From Myxococcota bacterium (GTDB lineage: Bacteria; Myxococcota_A; UBA9160; UBA4427): a stretch of 64,000 nt of DNA. Numbering within the stretch: position 1 is the stretch's first letter; every line of letters begins with the position of its first letter. The stretch lies in assembly GCA_965250285.1 (NCBI GenBank), contig OZ252299.1, positions 3,328,001-3,392,000 on the forward strand, written 5' to 3'. This document shows, piece after piece, positions 1 to 10,237 of this stretch. The notes beneath the pieces are model-generated. The model saw only the letters and a program-made list of their open reading frames with translations, was not told the origin of the DNA and made no database searches. A program made the position numbers and the translations under genes.

Positions 1-2
1 AG

Positions 3-1712
3 CGGGTTGCCGCGACGGTGGGCGGGCACATCGAGCGGCCGATCCGCATGAGCTCACGCCTCGCCGCGCTCGCGCGCGTCGAATCGCTCGAGCTCGGCGA
101 GCTGCGCACGATCGCATCCAGCCTGCCCGGCGGCAGCGCCGACACCTTCAGCGATCTCGCCGATCGCATCGAGGCCGGGCGCGTTCCCATCGCCATCGGG
201 CGCGGCGACGCCCGACTGACGCGCTGGGATCATCTGTTCGATGGCCGCGCGCGCGAGCTCGCCAGCGAGTTCTCGGCCCATGCACGCATCGAAGACTTCG
301 ACCTGAAGACGGGGCCGAACTCGAAGATCGCCGGGCTCGAATCGGACATCTCGCTCGAGGGCGATGTGCTCAAGGCGATCGGCACGAAGGCGATCGTCGA
401 CGACTCGACGGTCCCGACCCTCGACCTCACGCTCCGCGGCATCTCGCATCTGTTCCGGTCAGCGAACTCGAAGGGCGGCCTCGGCTCGGAGGCCGGCCCC
501 ATGCCCGGGCTCGACGCGTTTCTCGCGCTCTTCTCGTCCGACGACCCGGGTGAGCCCGTGCCCTTCCCGACGACACGGCTCGTGATCGAGAGCTTCGAGC
601 ATCCGATGTTGCGCTGGCCGGTGCGCGATGCGCGCGTCGTCATCGAAGGCATCGACAACGGTCTCGCGATCGACGTCGAAGAGGGCATCTGGGCGGGCAA
701 CCCCGTCGAGGGCCGCGCGCGGTGGCTCGGCTGGCCCGACCGCTCGATCAGCATCGATCTGCGCGCGATCGCGCCCGATGCAGACGACCCACTGCCGGAA
801 GCGGACGACGGCGTCGAAGCCGACGTGACCACCTCGGTGGCGGGCGGTCAGACGCTGCAGTGGGCGAACGGGCGCTTCGAGATCGACCGCATCGACGGGG
901 CGTTCCTTCCGATGGTCGCCGCACGCGGACACTTCGCACTGCAGGGCAACGATCTGCTGATCTCGAAGGCGCGCGCCGACCTCGAGCCGCGGGGCAAGTT
1001 GATCGCCGACGCCTCGCTCTCGCTGCGCGAGCCCGAAACCGTGCCGATCCAGCTGAACTTCTCGCTCGTCGGCGCCGATCTCGAGCGTTTCCTCTACGGC
1101 ATCGGGCTGCCCGAGAAGTCGGCGGGGGGCACCCTGCACCTCTCGGGTGCGCTCGACGGGCCGATGCTCCCGCAGACGCCCCTGCTCGCCCTGCTCGCCG
1201 GCGAGGTCAGTCTCGACGCTCGCGATGGCGAGATCTATCGACGTCTGCCGTTGATCGTCGCGCTGGCGCAGGCGAGCGAAGGCCTGCGCTCGATCGAAGA
1301 GCGCAACTCCTCGATCACCTACGAGTTCATGAAGGGCGAGCTCGCCCTCGATCGCGGTCGTGTGACGACCAGCGACTTCCGAGTCGAGGGACCGGTGCGG
1401 CTCTACGCCCAGGGTCAGATCGATCCCCTGCGACCCGTGCAGGAGAACCTGCTCGTGATCGCCGTGTTCCTCTTCCGCCAGGCGAATCAGCTGCTCGAGG
1501 GCCTGCCGGTCGTGCGCATGCTGCTGCCGGGCTCGGAGCGCGGACTGATCGGCGCCTACTTCGAGGTCACCGGGCCGGTGGGTGATCCGGTCGTGCGCTC
1601 GCTGCCCGCGCGCTCGTTCGCCGAGGACCTGCCCGATGCGGTGACTGCGCCATTCAAGGTCATCCAGGCGCTGCTGCGGACACCGAGCAGCGATCTCGCG
1701 CCATCGGAGTGA
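3..1712 (+). CDS. AsmA-like/YhdP-family C-terminal region protein, 5'-truncated by window edge
   Basis: Frame is open to the window start. Beta-rich repeats, and the C-terminal 'LIGAYFEVTGPVGDPVV' resembles AsmA/YhdP C-termini. Confidence 0.65.
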   Translation, partial: RVAATVGGHIERPIRMSSRLAALARVESLELGELRTIASSLPGGSADTFSDLADRIEAGRVPIAIGRGDARLTRWDHLFDGRARELASEFSAHARIEDFDLKTGPNSKIAGLESDISLEGDVLKAIGTKAIVDDSTVPTLDLTLRGISHLFRSANSKGGLGSEAGPMPGLDAFLALFSSDDPGEPVPFPTTRLVIESFEHPMLRWPVRDARVVIEGIDNGLAIDVEEGIWAGNPVEGRARWLGWPDRSISIDLRAIAPDADDPLPEADDGVEADVTTSVAGGQTLQWANGRFEIDRIDGAFLPMVAARGHFALQGNDLLISKARADLEPRGKLIADASLSLREPETVPIQLNFSLVGADLERFLYGIGLPEKSAGGTLHLSGALDGPMLPQTPLLALLAGEVSLDARDGEIYRRLPLIVALAQASEGLRSIEERNSSITYEFMKGELALDRGRVTTSDFRVEGPVRLYAQGQIDPLRPVQENLLVIAVFLFRQANQLLEGLPVVRMLLPGSERGLIGAYFEVTGPVGDPVVRSLPARSFAEDLPDAVTAPFKVIQALLRTPSSDLAPSE

Positions 1713-2251
1713 GCGCGGCCAACCGCAGCCGGAGGAGCTCGATGCGAAGCGGCCGATCGAATGAACGGGCCCGGGCCCGCGACAAGATCGTCTCTCAGCA
1801 GGCGGCGCTGTCACTCGTGACGCGCGCGCGTCGCCGGGGCGAGCGCATCGTCTTCACGAACGGCTGCTTCGACCTGCTCCACCCGGGCCACGTGCGCAGC
1901 CTCGAAGAGGCGGCGTCGCTCGGCGACCGACTGATCGTCGCCGTGAACGGGGATGCGAGCGTGGCTCGGCTCAAGGGCCGCGGCCGCCCGGCCCTGCCCG
2001 CGCGGGTGCGATGCGAAGTCGTCGCGGGGCTGGCATCGGTCGACTGGGTCGTGCGCTTCGACGCCGACACGCCCTTGCGTCTGATCGAACGCCTCGCGCC
2101 CGACGTCCTCGCCAAGGGCGGCGACTGGGCGCTCGACGACATCGTCGGGCGCGACGTCGTCGAGCATGCGGGCGGCCGGGTCGTGCGACTGAGGGGCGTC
2201 CCGGGCCCGCGCAGCAGCGACTGGATTCGCGCGATTCGAAAGCGGCGGTGA
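1709..2251 (+). CDS. rfaE2: D-glycero-beta-D-manno-heptose 1-phosphate adenylyltransferase (RfaE domain II)
   Basis: Motifs VFTNGCFDLLHPGH, NGDASVARLKG and KGGDW. GTGA overlap with the upstream stop. Confidence 0.9.
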   Translation: MSAANRSRRSSMRSGRSNERARARDKIVSQQAALSLVTRARRRGERIVFTNGCFDLLHPGHVRSLEEAASLGDRLIVAVNGDASVARLKGRGRPALPARVRCEVVAGLASVDWVVRFDADTPLRLIERLAPDVLAKGGDWALDDIVGRDVVEHAGGRVVRLRGVPGPRSSDWIRAIRKRR

Positions 2252-2359
2252 GGCGCGCACCAGCCCGCCCGATCCACCCGATCCGAGCCATGGGCGGCGC
2301 CACCGCGCGCGCCCCTCGAGGCGCTGTACGCTCTCGTGCTCGACAGGAGCACGCCCCCC

Positions 2360-3424
2360 ATGACCGTCCCGCCCCCCTCCTCGGCCGCGCCGGCCGGCGC
2401 GTCGTCCGGTGTCATCGCAGCACGCGAGCAGCTCGATGCGCTGCGACGAGAGCTCGCGCGTGCCATCGTCGGTCAGCAGGGGCTGGTCGACGGGCTGTTG
2501 ATCGGGCTGCTGTGCAGCGGCCACGTGCTCGTCGAGGGCGTACCCGGCCTCGCCAAGACGACGGCCGTGCGCAGCCTCGCGCGCGCCCTGGGCCTACCCT
2601 TTGGCCGCATTCAGTTCACGCCCGACCTGCTGCCCGGCGACCTGACCGGCCAACCGATCTTCGAGCCCGCAAGCGGCAGCTACAGCCTGCGCGAGGGGCC
2701 CGTCTTCACCTCGCTGCTGCTCGCCGACGAAGTGAACCGTGCTCCCGCCAAGGTGCAGTCGGCCCTGCTCGAGGCAATGCAGGAGCGCCAGGTCACGATC
2801 GGCGACGAGACCCTGCCCCTGCCCGATCCGTTCCTCGTGATGGCGACCCAGAACCCGATCGAGCTCGAAGGCACGTACCCCCTGCCCGAGTCGCAGACCG
2901 ACCGGTTCCTGATGAAGATCGCCGTGCCCTACCCGACCGAGGCCGAAGAGGAAGAGATCGTGCGCCGCAGCCAGGCGCCCGCCCCCGAGCTGGCGGTCGT
3001 CCTCGACGTCGACGCGGTGCGGGCGCTGCGCGACGCCGCGAGTCGGGTGCACGTCGAAGAAGCGCTCGGCGCGTGGGCGGTCCGGCTCGTTCGAAACACC
3101 CGAGATGCGCGCGATCTGGTGCGCCAGTGCCAAGCCCGCGCCGACGCGGCGCGCATTCGCGCGGATCACGGCGACGCCCTCGCACTGCTCGAGCGCGACC
3201 CGATCCGGCTCGGGGCCTCGCCGCGCGCGTCGATCGACCTGGTGTCGGCTGCGCGAGCGCACGCGTTGCTCGAGGGCCGCGATCACGCGACGCCCTTCGA
3301 CGTGCGCAGCGTGGCGCGCGACGTGCTGCGCCATCGCATCTCGCTCGGCTACGAAGCCGAGGCCGACGGTGTTCAAGCCGATGCCGTCATCGACGCCGTG
3401 CTCGACCTGACGGCGGCCCCGTGA
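2360..3424 (+). CDS. moxR: MoxR-family AAA+ ATPase
   Basis: EGVPGLAKT Walker A, RIQFTPDLLP, LLADEVNRAPAKVQSALLEAMQE, ATQNPIE, GASPR. AGGAG SD precedes ATG 2360. Confidence 0.95.
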   Translation: MTVPPPSSAAPAGASSGVIAAREQLDALRRELARAIVGQQGLVDGLLIGLLCSGHVLVEGVPGLAKTTAVRSLARALGLPFGRIQFTPDLLPGDLTGQPIFEPASGSYSLREGPVFTSLLLADEVNRAPAKVQSALLEAMQERQVTIGDETLPLPDPFLVMATQNPIELEGTYPLPESQTDRFLMKIAVPYPTEAEEEEIVRRSQAPAPELAVVLDVDAVRALRDAASRVHVEEALGAWAVRLVRNTRDARDLVRQCQARADAARIRADHGDALALLERDPIRLGASPRASIDLVSAARAHALLEGRDHATPFDVRSVARDVLRHRISLGYEAEADGVQADAVIDAVLDLTAAP

Positions 3425-4374
3425 TGCTGCGGCTGCGTTCGCGCCGCACACCGACCCGCGACGTGCCGCGCACCGACCTGGTCACCGCGGCCCGCCGGCT
3501 GCGCGTGCGGACACGCCGCCAGGTGACCGATCTGTTCGCCGGCCACTACGTCAGCGCGTTTCGCGGCCCGGGGATCGAGTACGCCGAATCCCGCCCGTAT
3601 GTGCCCGGGGACGACGTTCGAAGCTTCGACTGGAACGCGACGGCGCGCACCGGCGTGCCGCACGTCAAGCAACACCGGCCCGAGCGCGGCCGCACGCTCC
3701 TCATCGCGCTCGATGCTTCTGAGACGATGCGCTTCGCGTCGACCGAAAGCGCGAAGCTCGAAGCGGCCAGCGAGGCCGCGGCGCTGCTCGCGGCCGCGGC
3801 CCTCGCCGTCGGCGACCGGGTCGGACTGTTGATCCACGACGCAACGCAGATCGCGCGCTTGCCGGCCGGGCGCGGCGAGCTGCAGCTGCACCGGATCCTC
3901 GAGTGGCTCGTCGCGCCCGAGGCGGCCCCTTCGAAGACGACTGCGCGCCCCGCGCGCGAGGTCCCCTCGATGATCGAGGCCCGCCGAAGCCGGGGGGATC
4001 TGGTGTTCCACTTCACCGATGCGCGCGGCGACGAGACCGTGCCGCGCGACGCACGAGCAACGGATCGGCCGGGCGCGCGGGCCGGCGGCGAAGGCGTTCT
4101 CGTCCTCTGCTCCGATCCGGCCGAGCTCCGCTGGCCCGACGCGGGATCGGTCCGCGTGGCGCCGAGCAGCGGCGACGGACCGAGCCTCGTCTTCGACGGC
4201 GACGACGAGCTGGCACGCCGGCGCTTCGAGCAAGCCGCGCAGCGGCGCGTCGGCGAGGTGGCGCACCAAACGCGCCTGCGCGGCGACGACTTCGTCCATC
4301 TGCGCAGCGACGGCGACGCGCTCCGTCTCTGGCTCGGCTTCTTTCGCGGCCGCGCCGGAGGCACGAGCCGATGA
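3421..4374 (+). CDS. DUF58 domain protein
   Basis: FRGPGIEYAESRPYVPGDDVRSFDWNATAR and GDRVGL motifs. Follows moxR with a GTGA overlap. Confidence 0.9.
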   Translation: MMLRLRSRRTPTRDVPRTDLVTAARRLRVRTRRQVTDLFAGHYVSAFRGPGIEYAESRPYVPGDDVRSFDWNATARTGVPHVKQHRPERGRTLLIALDASETMRFASTESAKLEAASEAAALLAAAALAVGDRVGLLIHDATQIARLPAGRGELQLHRILEWLVAPEAAPSKTTARPAREVPSMIEARRSRGDLVFHFTDARGDETVPRDARATDRPGARAGGEGVLVLCSDPAELRWPDAGSVRVAPSSGDGPSLVFDGDDELARRRFEQAAQRRVGEVAHQTRLRGDDFVHLRSDGDALRLWLGFFRGRAGGTSR

Positions 4375-5348
4375 GCACCGCAGCCGTCGCTCGGCTCGCG
4401 CTCGGCGCGCTGCTCTTCAGCACGCTCACGGGCGGCTGCCGCGAGCCCGAACCGATGCCGCTGGCGGCGTCGGCAGCGTGGCTCGTGGAGTCAGCCCCGG
4501 TGGCCGCGGGCAACCCGTTCGAGCTCGTGCTCTTCATTCGCACGCCGCCCGACCATCGAGTGCACGCCTACGCGCTGCCCGAGCTCGACGGCATCGATGT
4601 GGTCGAGCGGCGGATCCTGCCGACGGCGACGGATGAGCACGTCGGCGTCCACCGCGAAGCGTTCATCGCGCGCACGCGAGGCACCGGGCTGCACCTCTGG
4701 CCTGCCTCCGAAGTGCGGGTCACCGACGCCGCAGGTCGAACCTACCCGCTGGTGCTCGAAGCGCTCGAGTTCGATGTGCCGTCGGTGCTGGGTGAAGGCG
4801 CGCCCCCGCGGCGCCCTCGAGGCTATCGCCCGGCGCCGGGCACACCGAGCGGCGCCCCCTTTGGCCTGGGCTTCGCCGCCGGTGCGCTCGCCGCTGGCGC
4901 GGTGGCGCTCGTCGTGCTTCGGCGTGAGCGTCTTCGCGAGGGCCGCTCGCCCACCGCCATGCGGAGCGGAGGCCCCGGCAAGCGCCGCTACTTCGGCGGC
5001 AGCGGCCGGCTCGGCCGGCGGCTCGCCCGTGCGCGCGCCGACCTCGAACGTGACCTGGAGGCCTCGGCCTCGGACGCCGCGTGCGCGCTGCGCTACTGGG
5101 CGGCCGACCGGTTCCTCGTTTCGACCCACGCGCCGTCGGCGGCCGAGCTTCGGCGCATGCGGCCGATCGACGCCGATGCCGAGCTCTGGTCGCTCTGGAT
5201 CGACCGGCTCGACGCGATCGAGCAGGGCCGTTTCGCCGCCGCGTCCCCAAGCGCACGCGTCGACGCGCTGACGCGCGCGATCGAAGACGCGCTCGCGTTC
5301 GCGGCGCGGGCCGACCGCCCCGCGCGGCGTGGGCGCAAGCCTTCGTGA
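4371..5348 (+). CDS. Membrane protein of the Bat-like operon (possible lipoprotein, one TM helix)
   Basis: ATGA overlap, signal peptide ending TGGC, beta-rich domain followed by a TM segment. Sits between DUF58 and BatA. Confidence 0.6.
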   Translation: MSTAAVARLALGALLFSTLTGGCREPEPMPLAASAAWLVESAPVAAGNPFELVLFIRTPPDHRVHAYALPELDGIDVVERRILPTATDEHVGVHREAFIARTRGTGLHLWPASEVRVTDAAGRTYPLVLEALEFDVPSVLGEGAPPRRPRGYRPAPGTPSGAPFGLGFAAGALAAGAVALVVLRRERLREGRSPTAMRSGGPGKRRYFGGSGRLGRRLARARADLERDLEASASDAACALRYWAADRFLVSTHAPSAAELRRMRPIDADAELWSLWIDRLDAIEQGRFAAASPSARVDALTRAIEDALAFAARADRPARRGRKPS

Positions 5349-6445
5349 GCGGCGGCGGCCCGGACACCTGGGCGACGTTCGCCCCCGACGCGCTCGCGCA
5401 TCCGGAGCGCGGTCTCGCCCTCATGGTCGTCGCCGGCCTCTGGCTCTTTTGGACTCGGCGGCGTGACCGCGATGCGATCCCGCACCCCGCCTGGCGCGAG
5501 CTGCGGGCGGCCGGCGCGCGTTCGGACCGCTTCGCCCAGGCGGGCGCCCTCGTGCTGCGACTCGGTGTGGTCGCCGCGCTGGCCTGGGCCGTGGCCGAGC
5601 CGGTCGCGCTGCGCGAGAGCCCGCCCGAGATCGGCCGCGGGCTCGACATCCTGCTCGCCCTCGACACGTCGGGCAGCATGCGGGCGCTCGACACCGTCGA
5701 GGCGGTCGACCCCACGCGGGCCGACGATGTGGCCCGAGCGCCCGCCGAGGGCGATGGGCGGGGCACACGCACGCGCCTCGACCTCGCAGTCGAAGCGGTG
5801 CGTCGCTTCGCCCGGACGCGGGCCGACGAAGGCGACCGCGTCGGTCTCGTCGTCTTCGGCGACCACGCGTTCACCGTGTGCCCGCTCACGCGCGACGGTC
5901 GCGTGCTCGATGCGTCGCTCGAGGATGTGCGGGCCGAGATGGCGGGGCGCCGCACCTCGATCGGCGACGCCCTGGCGCTCGCGGTGAAACGGCTCGAGGC
6001 AGCGTCGACCGTGAGCGAGGCGGGTCGCGTCGTCGTGCTGCTGACCGACGGCCGCAGCACGACCGGAGAGATCCCGGTCGGCATCGCGAGCGACCTCGCA
6101 CGCCGACACGGCGTGCGCGTGCATACCGTCGGCATCGGTTCGGAGCACGAGCAGGTGGCCGTGGCGAACCCCGCCACGGGACGGGTGCGTCTCGAGCGGC
6201 ACGCACCCGACTTCGACGTGCTCGCGCTGCTGGCAGCCGATACCGGCGGCACTTTTCACCGGGCGCGTCGGTCGTCGGACCTCGCCGCCGTCTACCACGA
6301 GCTCGACATCATCGAACGCGTCGAGCGCCCAGAGCCTCGACCGCCGCGCGAGCAGCCGCGCAGCGAGCCGGCACTGGCGCTCGCGCTCACCCTGCTCGCG
6401 TTCGACGTCGGTCTCGGCCGGCTGCGGCGGAGACCGCTCTCGTGA
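5345..6445 (+). CDS. vWA-domain protein, BatA-like
   Basis: LALDTSGSM MIDAS, DRVGLVVFG, TSIGDAL, VLLTDG, VHTVGIG. N- and C-terminal hydrophobic segments. Confidence 0.9.
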   Translation: MSGGGPDTWATFAPDALAHPERGLALMVVAGLWLFWTRRRDRDAIPHPAWRELRAAGARSDRFAQAGALVLRLGVVAALAWAVAEPVALRESPPEIGRGLDILLALDTSGSMRALDTVEAVDPTRADDVARAPAEGDGRGTRTRLDLAVEAVRRFARTRADEGDRVGLVVFGDHAFTVCPLTRDGRVLDASLEDVRAEMAGRRTSIGDALALAVKRLEAASTVSEAGRVVVLLTDGRSTTGEIPVGIASDLARRHGVRVHTVGIGSEHEQVAVANPATGRVRLERHAPDFDVLALLAADTGGTFHRARRSSDLAAVYHELDIIERVERPEPRPPREQPRSEPALALALTLLAFDVGLGRLRRRPLS

Positions 6446-8196
6446 TCGCGCAGCACTTCGAATCGCCCGAGGCGTGGCCGCTCGTCGCCGCCGGCGCAGT
6501 CGCGCTCACGCTCGCCCTCGCGCTGCGAACCGCGCGCGACGAGCGACGCCGTCGCGCGCTCATCGGTCGAGGCCTGGGCCCAGCCGCGTTCCTACCCGAC
6601 CTCGTGCTCGTCATCGCTGCGCTGTCGATCGCCGTCGCGCTCTGCGGCCCCTTGTTCGCGGAGCGGCGCGTCCGCATCGACGACACGGGCATGGATGTCG
6701 TTCTCGTCGTCGACGCATCGCGCAGCATGGACGCGCGCGACACGCCCCCGAGCCGGCTGCGGCGGGCGAAGCAGACCGCCACCGACCTGATCGCAGCGCT
6801 CCCCGCCGGCGACCGCATCGGCCTCGTCGCCTTCGCGGGACGCGGCCAACCGCTCGCTCCACTCACGCCCGACCGGGACGTGCTCGCGCGCATGGTCGAG
6901 CGAATCGACTCGCGCACCGCTCTGCCCCACGGTTCGAGCCTCGCCGCCGGGGTCGCGAGCGCGCTCGAGACGTTCGAGCTCGACGCCGAACGGCGCCGCG
7001 CCATCGTGCTGCTGAGCGATGGGGAGCTCCCACCCGACGGCTCGGTCGACCTCGGGCGCATGGCCGAGCGCCATGGCGTGCACGTGCATGCGGTGCTCTT
7101 CGGGCGTGAGGTCGGGGCGACGATCCCCGCCCAGGGCACGCGCGTCATGGGGCCCGACGGCGAACCGGCTCTCACGCGGCGCGAACGCGAACGCGCTTCG
7201 CAGCTTTCGCAGGCGACGGGGGGCACGCTGCTGCTCGCCGATCGGTGGGGACGCGTGCCCACGCAAGAGATCGTGGCAGCGGTGCGAGGTGGCCTCGAGG
7301 CCGGTCCGTCGGGCGAGCCGACGTTCGAGCGGCGGCGCGTCCCCACCCCGGCGCCCTTCGCCGCTGTGGCGTTCGCGCTGCTCTTGCTCGAAGGGCCGCT
7401 TCGGCGCTGGGTCGCCGCGCGACCGCGCGCCGCCGCCGGTCGTCACCGCCGCACGCTGCGCGCCCGGGCGCAACGCGTGCTTCCCGTCGCGCTCGTGCTG
7501 CTCGCCGTGGCCGGCCTCGGCGCGACCGCGCGCGACCTCGAACCCCACGACGTCGCCCTGCGCGACCTCGCAGAAGCCTGGCTGCGCGCGGGTGCCAACG
7601 CGATCGAAGCCGGCGACGACGACGCGGCGCTGCGCGCCTTCGAGTCGGCGGCCGCCACTGCGCTGCGCCCCGACGTGGCCGGGACGGCGCACTACCAGAT
7701 CGGTGTCTGGCACCTGAAGCACGACGACCCGGTGCGCGGACGCGACGCGTTTCTCGAGAGCCTGCGCCTCGATCCGAGCCAGCTCGACGCGGTGTTCAAC
7801 CTCGAGTGGAGCCTGCTCGCCATCGAAGCCCGGGCGGCCGCCGATCGCGCCTCGCCGCCGCCGATCGCCCCGCCGCCCCCCGAAGCCGAACCAGAGGCGA
7901 GCGACGAGCTGCGCGACGCATCTTCGACGCAACCCGAGCCCGACGAGGCCAGTCGCTCGCCGGAGACGCCCCGCGGCCACGCGCCCGAAGCCCGGCCGTC
8001 GGGCGAGGTGCGCGCGCAGCGCGACGGGATCCCGACCACCGGGCCCAACCGCGAGACCGGCGCCGAGGGCCGTCCGCTCCCCGACGACGAGACGCTCTCG
8101 TGGTGGCTCGACCTCGTCGAAGACGATCCGGGTCGCGGCCAGGTGTCCGACCGCGCACGGGGTCGGGGACCGCAGCGAGGTGGACCGCCGTGGTGA
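6442..8196 (+). CDS. vWA + TPR protein (BatB/BatC-like fusion)
   Basis: VVDASRSMDARD, DRIGLVAFAG, LLSDGE, a TPR-like 'DAVFNLE', an acidic linker, 'WLDLVEDDPG' and a terminal W. Confidence 0.85.
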   Translation: MIAQHFESPEAWPLVAAGAVALTLALALRTARDERRRRALIGRGLGPAAFLPDLVLVIAALSIAVALCGPLFAERRVRIDDTGMDVVLVVDASRSMDARDTPPSRLRRAKQTATDLIAALPAGDRIGLVAFAGRGQPLAPLTPDRDVLARMVERIDSRTALPHGSSLAAGVASALETFELDAERRRAIVLLSDGELPPDGSVDLGRMAERHGVHVHAVLFGREVGATIPAQGTRVMGPDGEPALTRRERERASQLSQATGGTLLLADRWGRVPTQEIVAAVRGGLEAGPSGEPTFERRRVPTPAPFAAVAFALLLLEGPLRRWVAARPRAAAGRHRRTLRARAQRVLPVALVLLAVAGLGATARDLEPHDVALRDLAEAWLRAGANAIEAGDDDAALRAFESAAATALRPDVAGTAHYQIGVWHLKHDDPVRGRDAFLESLRLDPSQLDAVFNLEWSLLAIEARAAADRASPPPIAPPPPEAEPEASDELRDASSTQPEPDEASRSPETPRGHAPEARPSGEVRAQRDGIPTTGPNRETGAEGRPLPDDETLSWWLDLVEDDPGRGQVSDRARGRGPQRGGPPW

Positions 8197-9134
8197 GAGG
8201 TGGCGTGAGCGCGGCGCTCGCAGTGCTCATCGGGCTCGCGGCCCCGCCGGATGCGCGGAGCTGCGAGGCTCGCGTCGAGCTCGACCCGCCCAAGGCGTGG
8301 ACGGGACAACAGGTGCTGCACGAGATCGTGATTCGCGGCGTCGACGAGCGCGCGACGATCGAATGGATCCACCCGCCGAGCTTTCCCGATGTGCGCGCCA
8401 TGCCCCTGCCCCCCGCGCCGACCACAGCTGTCGACCCGCCCGACACCCGGCGACAGCGTCGCGCGCTGCATCCCGCGCGCGCGGGGAGGCTGACGCTGCC
8501 GGCCACGCCCTATCGCTGTCGGCCCTCGGGCGATGCCGTGTCGATCGAAGCCCGAACGCCCGAGGTGGTCCTCGACGTCGAGGACCCGCCGCGCGAGGGA
8601 CGGCCGGCGACGTGGCGCGGGCTCGTCGGTCGACCCAGACTTCTTGTGCAGGCCAGCCCGACGCGCGTGCGCGTCGGGGAGACCGCGCGCGTCGTGGCGA
8701 CGCTGACTGGCCCCGGGCTGATGCGACGAGCCGGCTTGACGTGGCCCAGCGCAGCGCTCGAAGCGAGCGAGGTCGCCCCCGAACTCTTCGCGTCGCCGCC
8801 GAGGCATCGCGCGCAGCTCGGGCTGCAGCACGGAACCCGGCGCGTCGAAACGCTCGAGATCGTGCCGCACGCCACCGGCGAGCTCTGGATCCCCGCGATC
8901 GAGGTCGCGTACTTCGACCCCGATGCCGGGACCTACGGCGTGGTCGCGAGCGATGCGGTGGCCATCGAGGTGCTCGCCGAAGCGCCCCCCGGCGCTTTGG
9001 GTGAGGCGACCGGCGCGCGCGCGGCCTCTCGCGATGGCCCGGGCGGCGCGCGAGGTCGGGCTGCGTGGATGATCGCGACCGGGGCCGGGATCGGGCTCGT
9101 CGTATGGGCGTGGGTTCGCCGGTCGCGCCGCTAG
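8193..9134 (+). CDS. BatD-like protein
   Basis: GTGA overlap, signal peptide, 'IPAIEVAYFDPDAGTY' typical of BatD, C-terminal TM. Confidence 0.75.
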   Translation: MRGGVSAALAVLIGLAAPPDARSCEARVELDPPKAWTGQQVLHEIVIRGVDERATIEWIHPPSFPDVRAMPLPPAPTTAVDPPDTRRQRRALHPARAGRLTLPATPYRCRPSGDAVSIEARTPEVVLDVEDPPREGRPATWRGLVGRPRLLVQASPTRVRVGETARVVATLTGPGLMRRAGLTWPSAALEASEVAPELFASPPRHRAQLGLQHGTRRVETLEIVPHATGELWIPAIEVAYFDPDAGTYGVVASDAVAIEVLAEAPPGALGEATGARAASRDGPGGARGRAAWMIATGAGIGLVVWAWVRRSRR

Positions 9135-10135
9135 ACGAAGCGGTCGAGGCCCGACACCGCATCGCGGCCGCCATCGGCGGCGCGGCGGTACGGCGGATCG
9201 AGCAGCTCATCGATGCGGTCGGTCACGCGCGCGGCGATGGCCTCGAACTCGCGACGGTGCTTGTGCTCGGCCTCGGCCGAGAACGGCGCGAACGCTTCAC
9301 TCACATGATGCTCGGCGAGGTCTTCGTAGCGGATCGGTTCGCCAAAGCGGTAGACGACGCGACCGCGCTTGGCCCACGGCGAGCCGCCCGGATACAGGCG
9401 GTCGCTGCCGTTGCAGCCCACCGGCACGATCGGCTGCTTCAGGTGAAGCGCCATCTGCGCGATGCCGACATGCGCCGGCAGCAGCCGCGTCGAGCGCGTG
9501 CCCTGTGGAAAGATCAGGATGTCGAGCCCGTTGCGACTCGTCTCTTCGTTGAGCTCGACGAAGCGCCGCATCATCAGGCCGAACGTCTCGTTCACGTGCG
9601 CCGCGAAATCGGTCTTGCTCGGATCGAAGGGGTGGCCGAGGACGTTGCGCGGCTCATCCAGCAGGGATCGCGGCAGCGCGTCAGCGTCGGGGATCACGTC
9701 GGCGTTCGGCCCGAGCGACGTTCCGTCGATCCAGCGCCGGAGCGTCTCGTACTCTTCGGTGGTCGGCAGACGCCCGACCGCCGCTTCGAACTCCTTCGTG
9801 ATGATGTAGCCGCGACTCACCGTCGGCAGCTGGTTCGTCTTCTCCATGAACTCGCCGACGAACCACTGCTCGTAGTACTTGCCCTTCACCCACGTCGCCA
9901 TGTAGCGGCGTTGCAGCGTCCAGAAGTGGTGCAGGAACGGAAAGTAGTTGTACCGGTCGGTGTGGTTCATCGCGAAGATGACCTTCTCTTCCGGGACGCG
10001 GTCGAGGTGCTCGAACTCGATGTCGACGCCGCCCGGGATCCAGTCGTAGTTCAGCACGATCAACCAGGCGGTGACGTCCTGGAAGAAGGGCTGCTCACTC
10101 AGACGAATTCGATCCAGGCGCGGCAGATCGAGCAT
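9131..10135 (-). CDS. Lysophospholipid acyltransferase (PlsC-like) family protein with atypical motifs
   Basis: Motifs FAMNHTDRYN, IFPQGTRS, PIVPVG and YRFGEPI. Confidence 0.8.
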   Translation of the reverse strand: MLDLPRLDRIRLSEQPFFQDVTAWLIVLNYDWIPGGVDIEFEHLDRVPEEKVIFAMNHTDRYNYFPFLHHFWTLQRRYMATWVKGKYYEQWFVGEFMEKTNQLPTVSRGYIITKEFEAAVGRLPTTEEYETLRRWIDGTSLGPNADVIPDADALPRSLLDEPRNVLGHPFDPSKTDFAAHVNETFGLMMRRFVELNEETSRNGLDILIFPQGTRSTRLLPAHVGIAQMALHLKQPIVPVGCNGSDRLYPGGSPWAKRGRVVYRFGEPIRYEDLAEHHVSEAFAPFSAEAEHKHRREFEAIAARVTDRIDELLDPPYRRAADGGRDAVSGLDRFV

Positions 10136-10237
10136 TCGGGCGCACTCCTCGCTCGGTGAAGCGGGGCGCCTCCCCTCTCCACCATTCGGCTCGCGGGCAG
10201 TCTAACGGCATGCTGCGCACGCGCGCACGCACGACCG

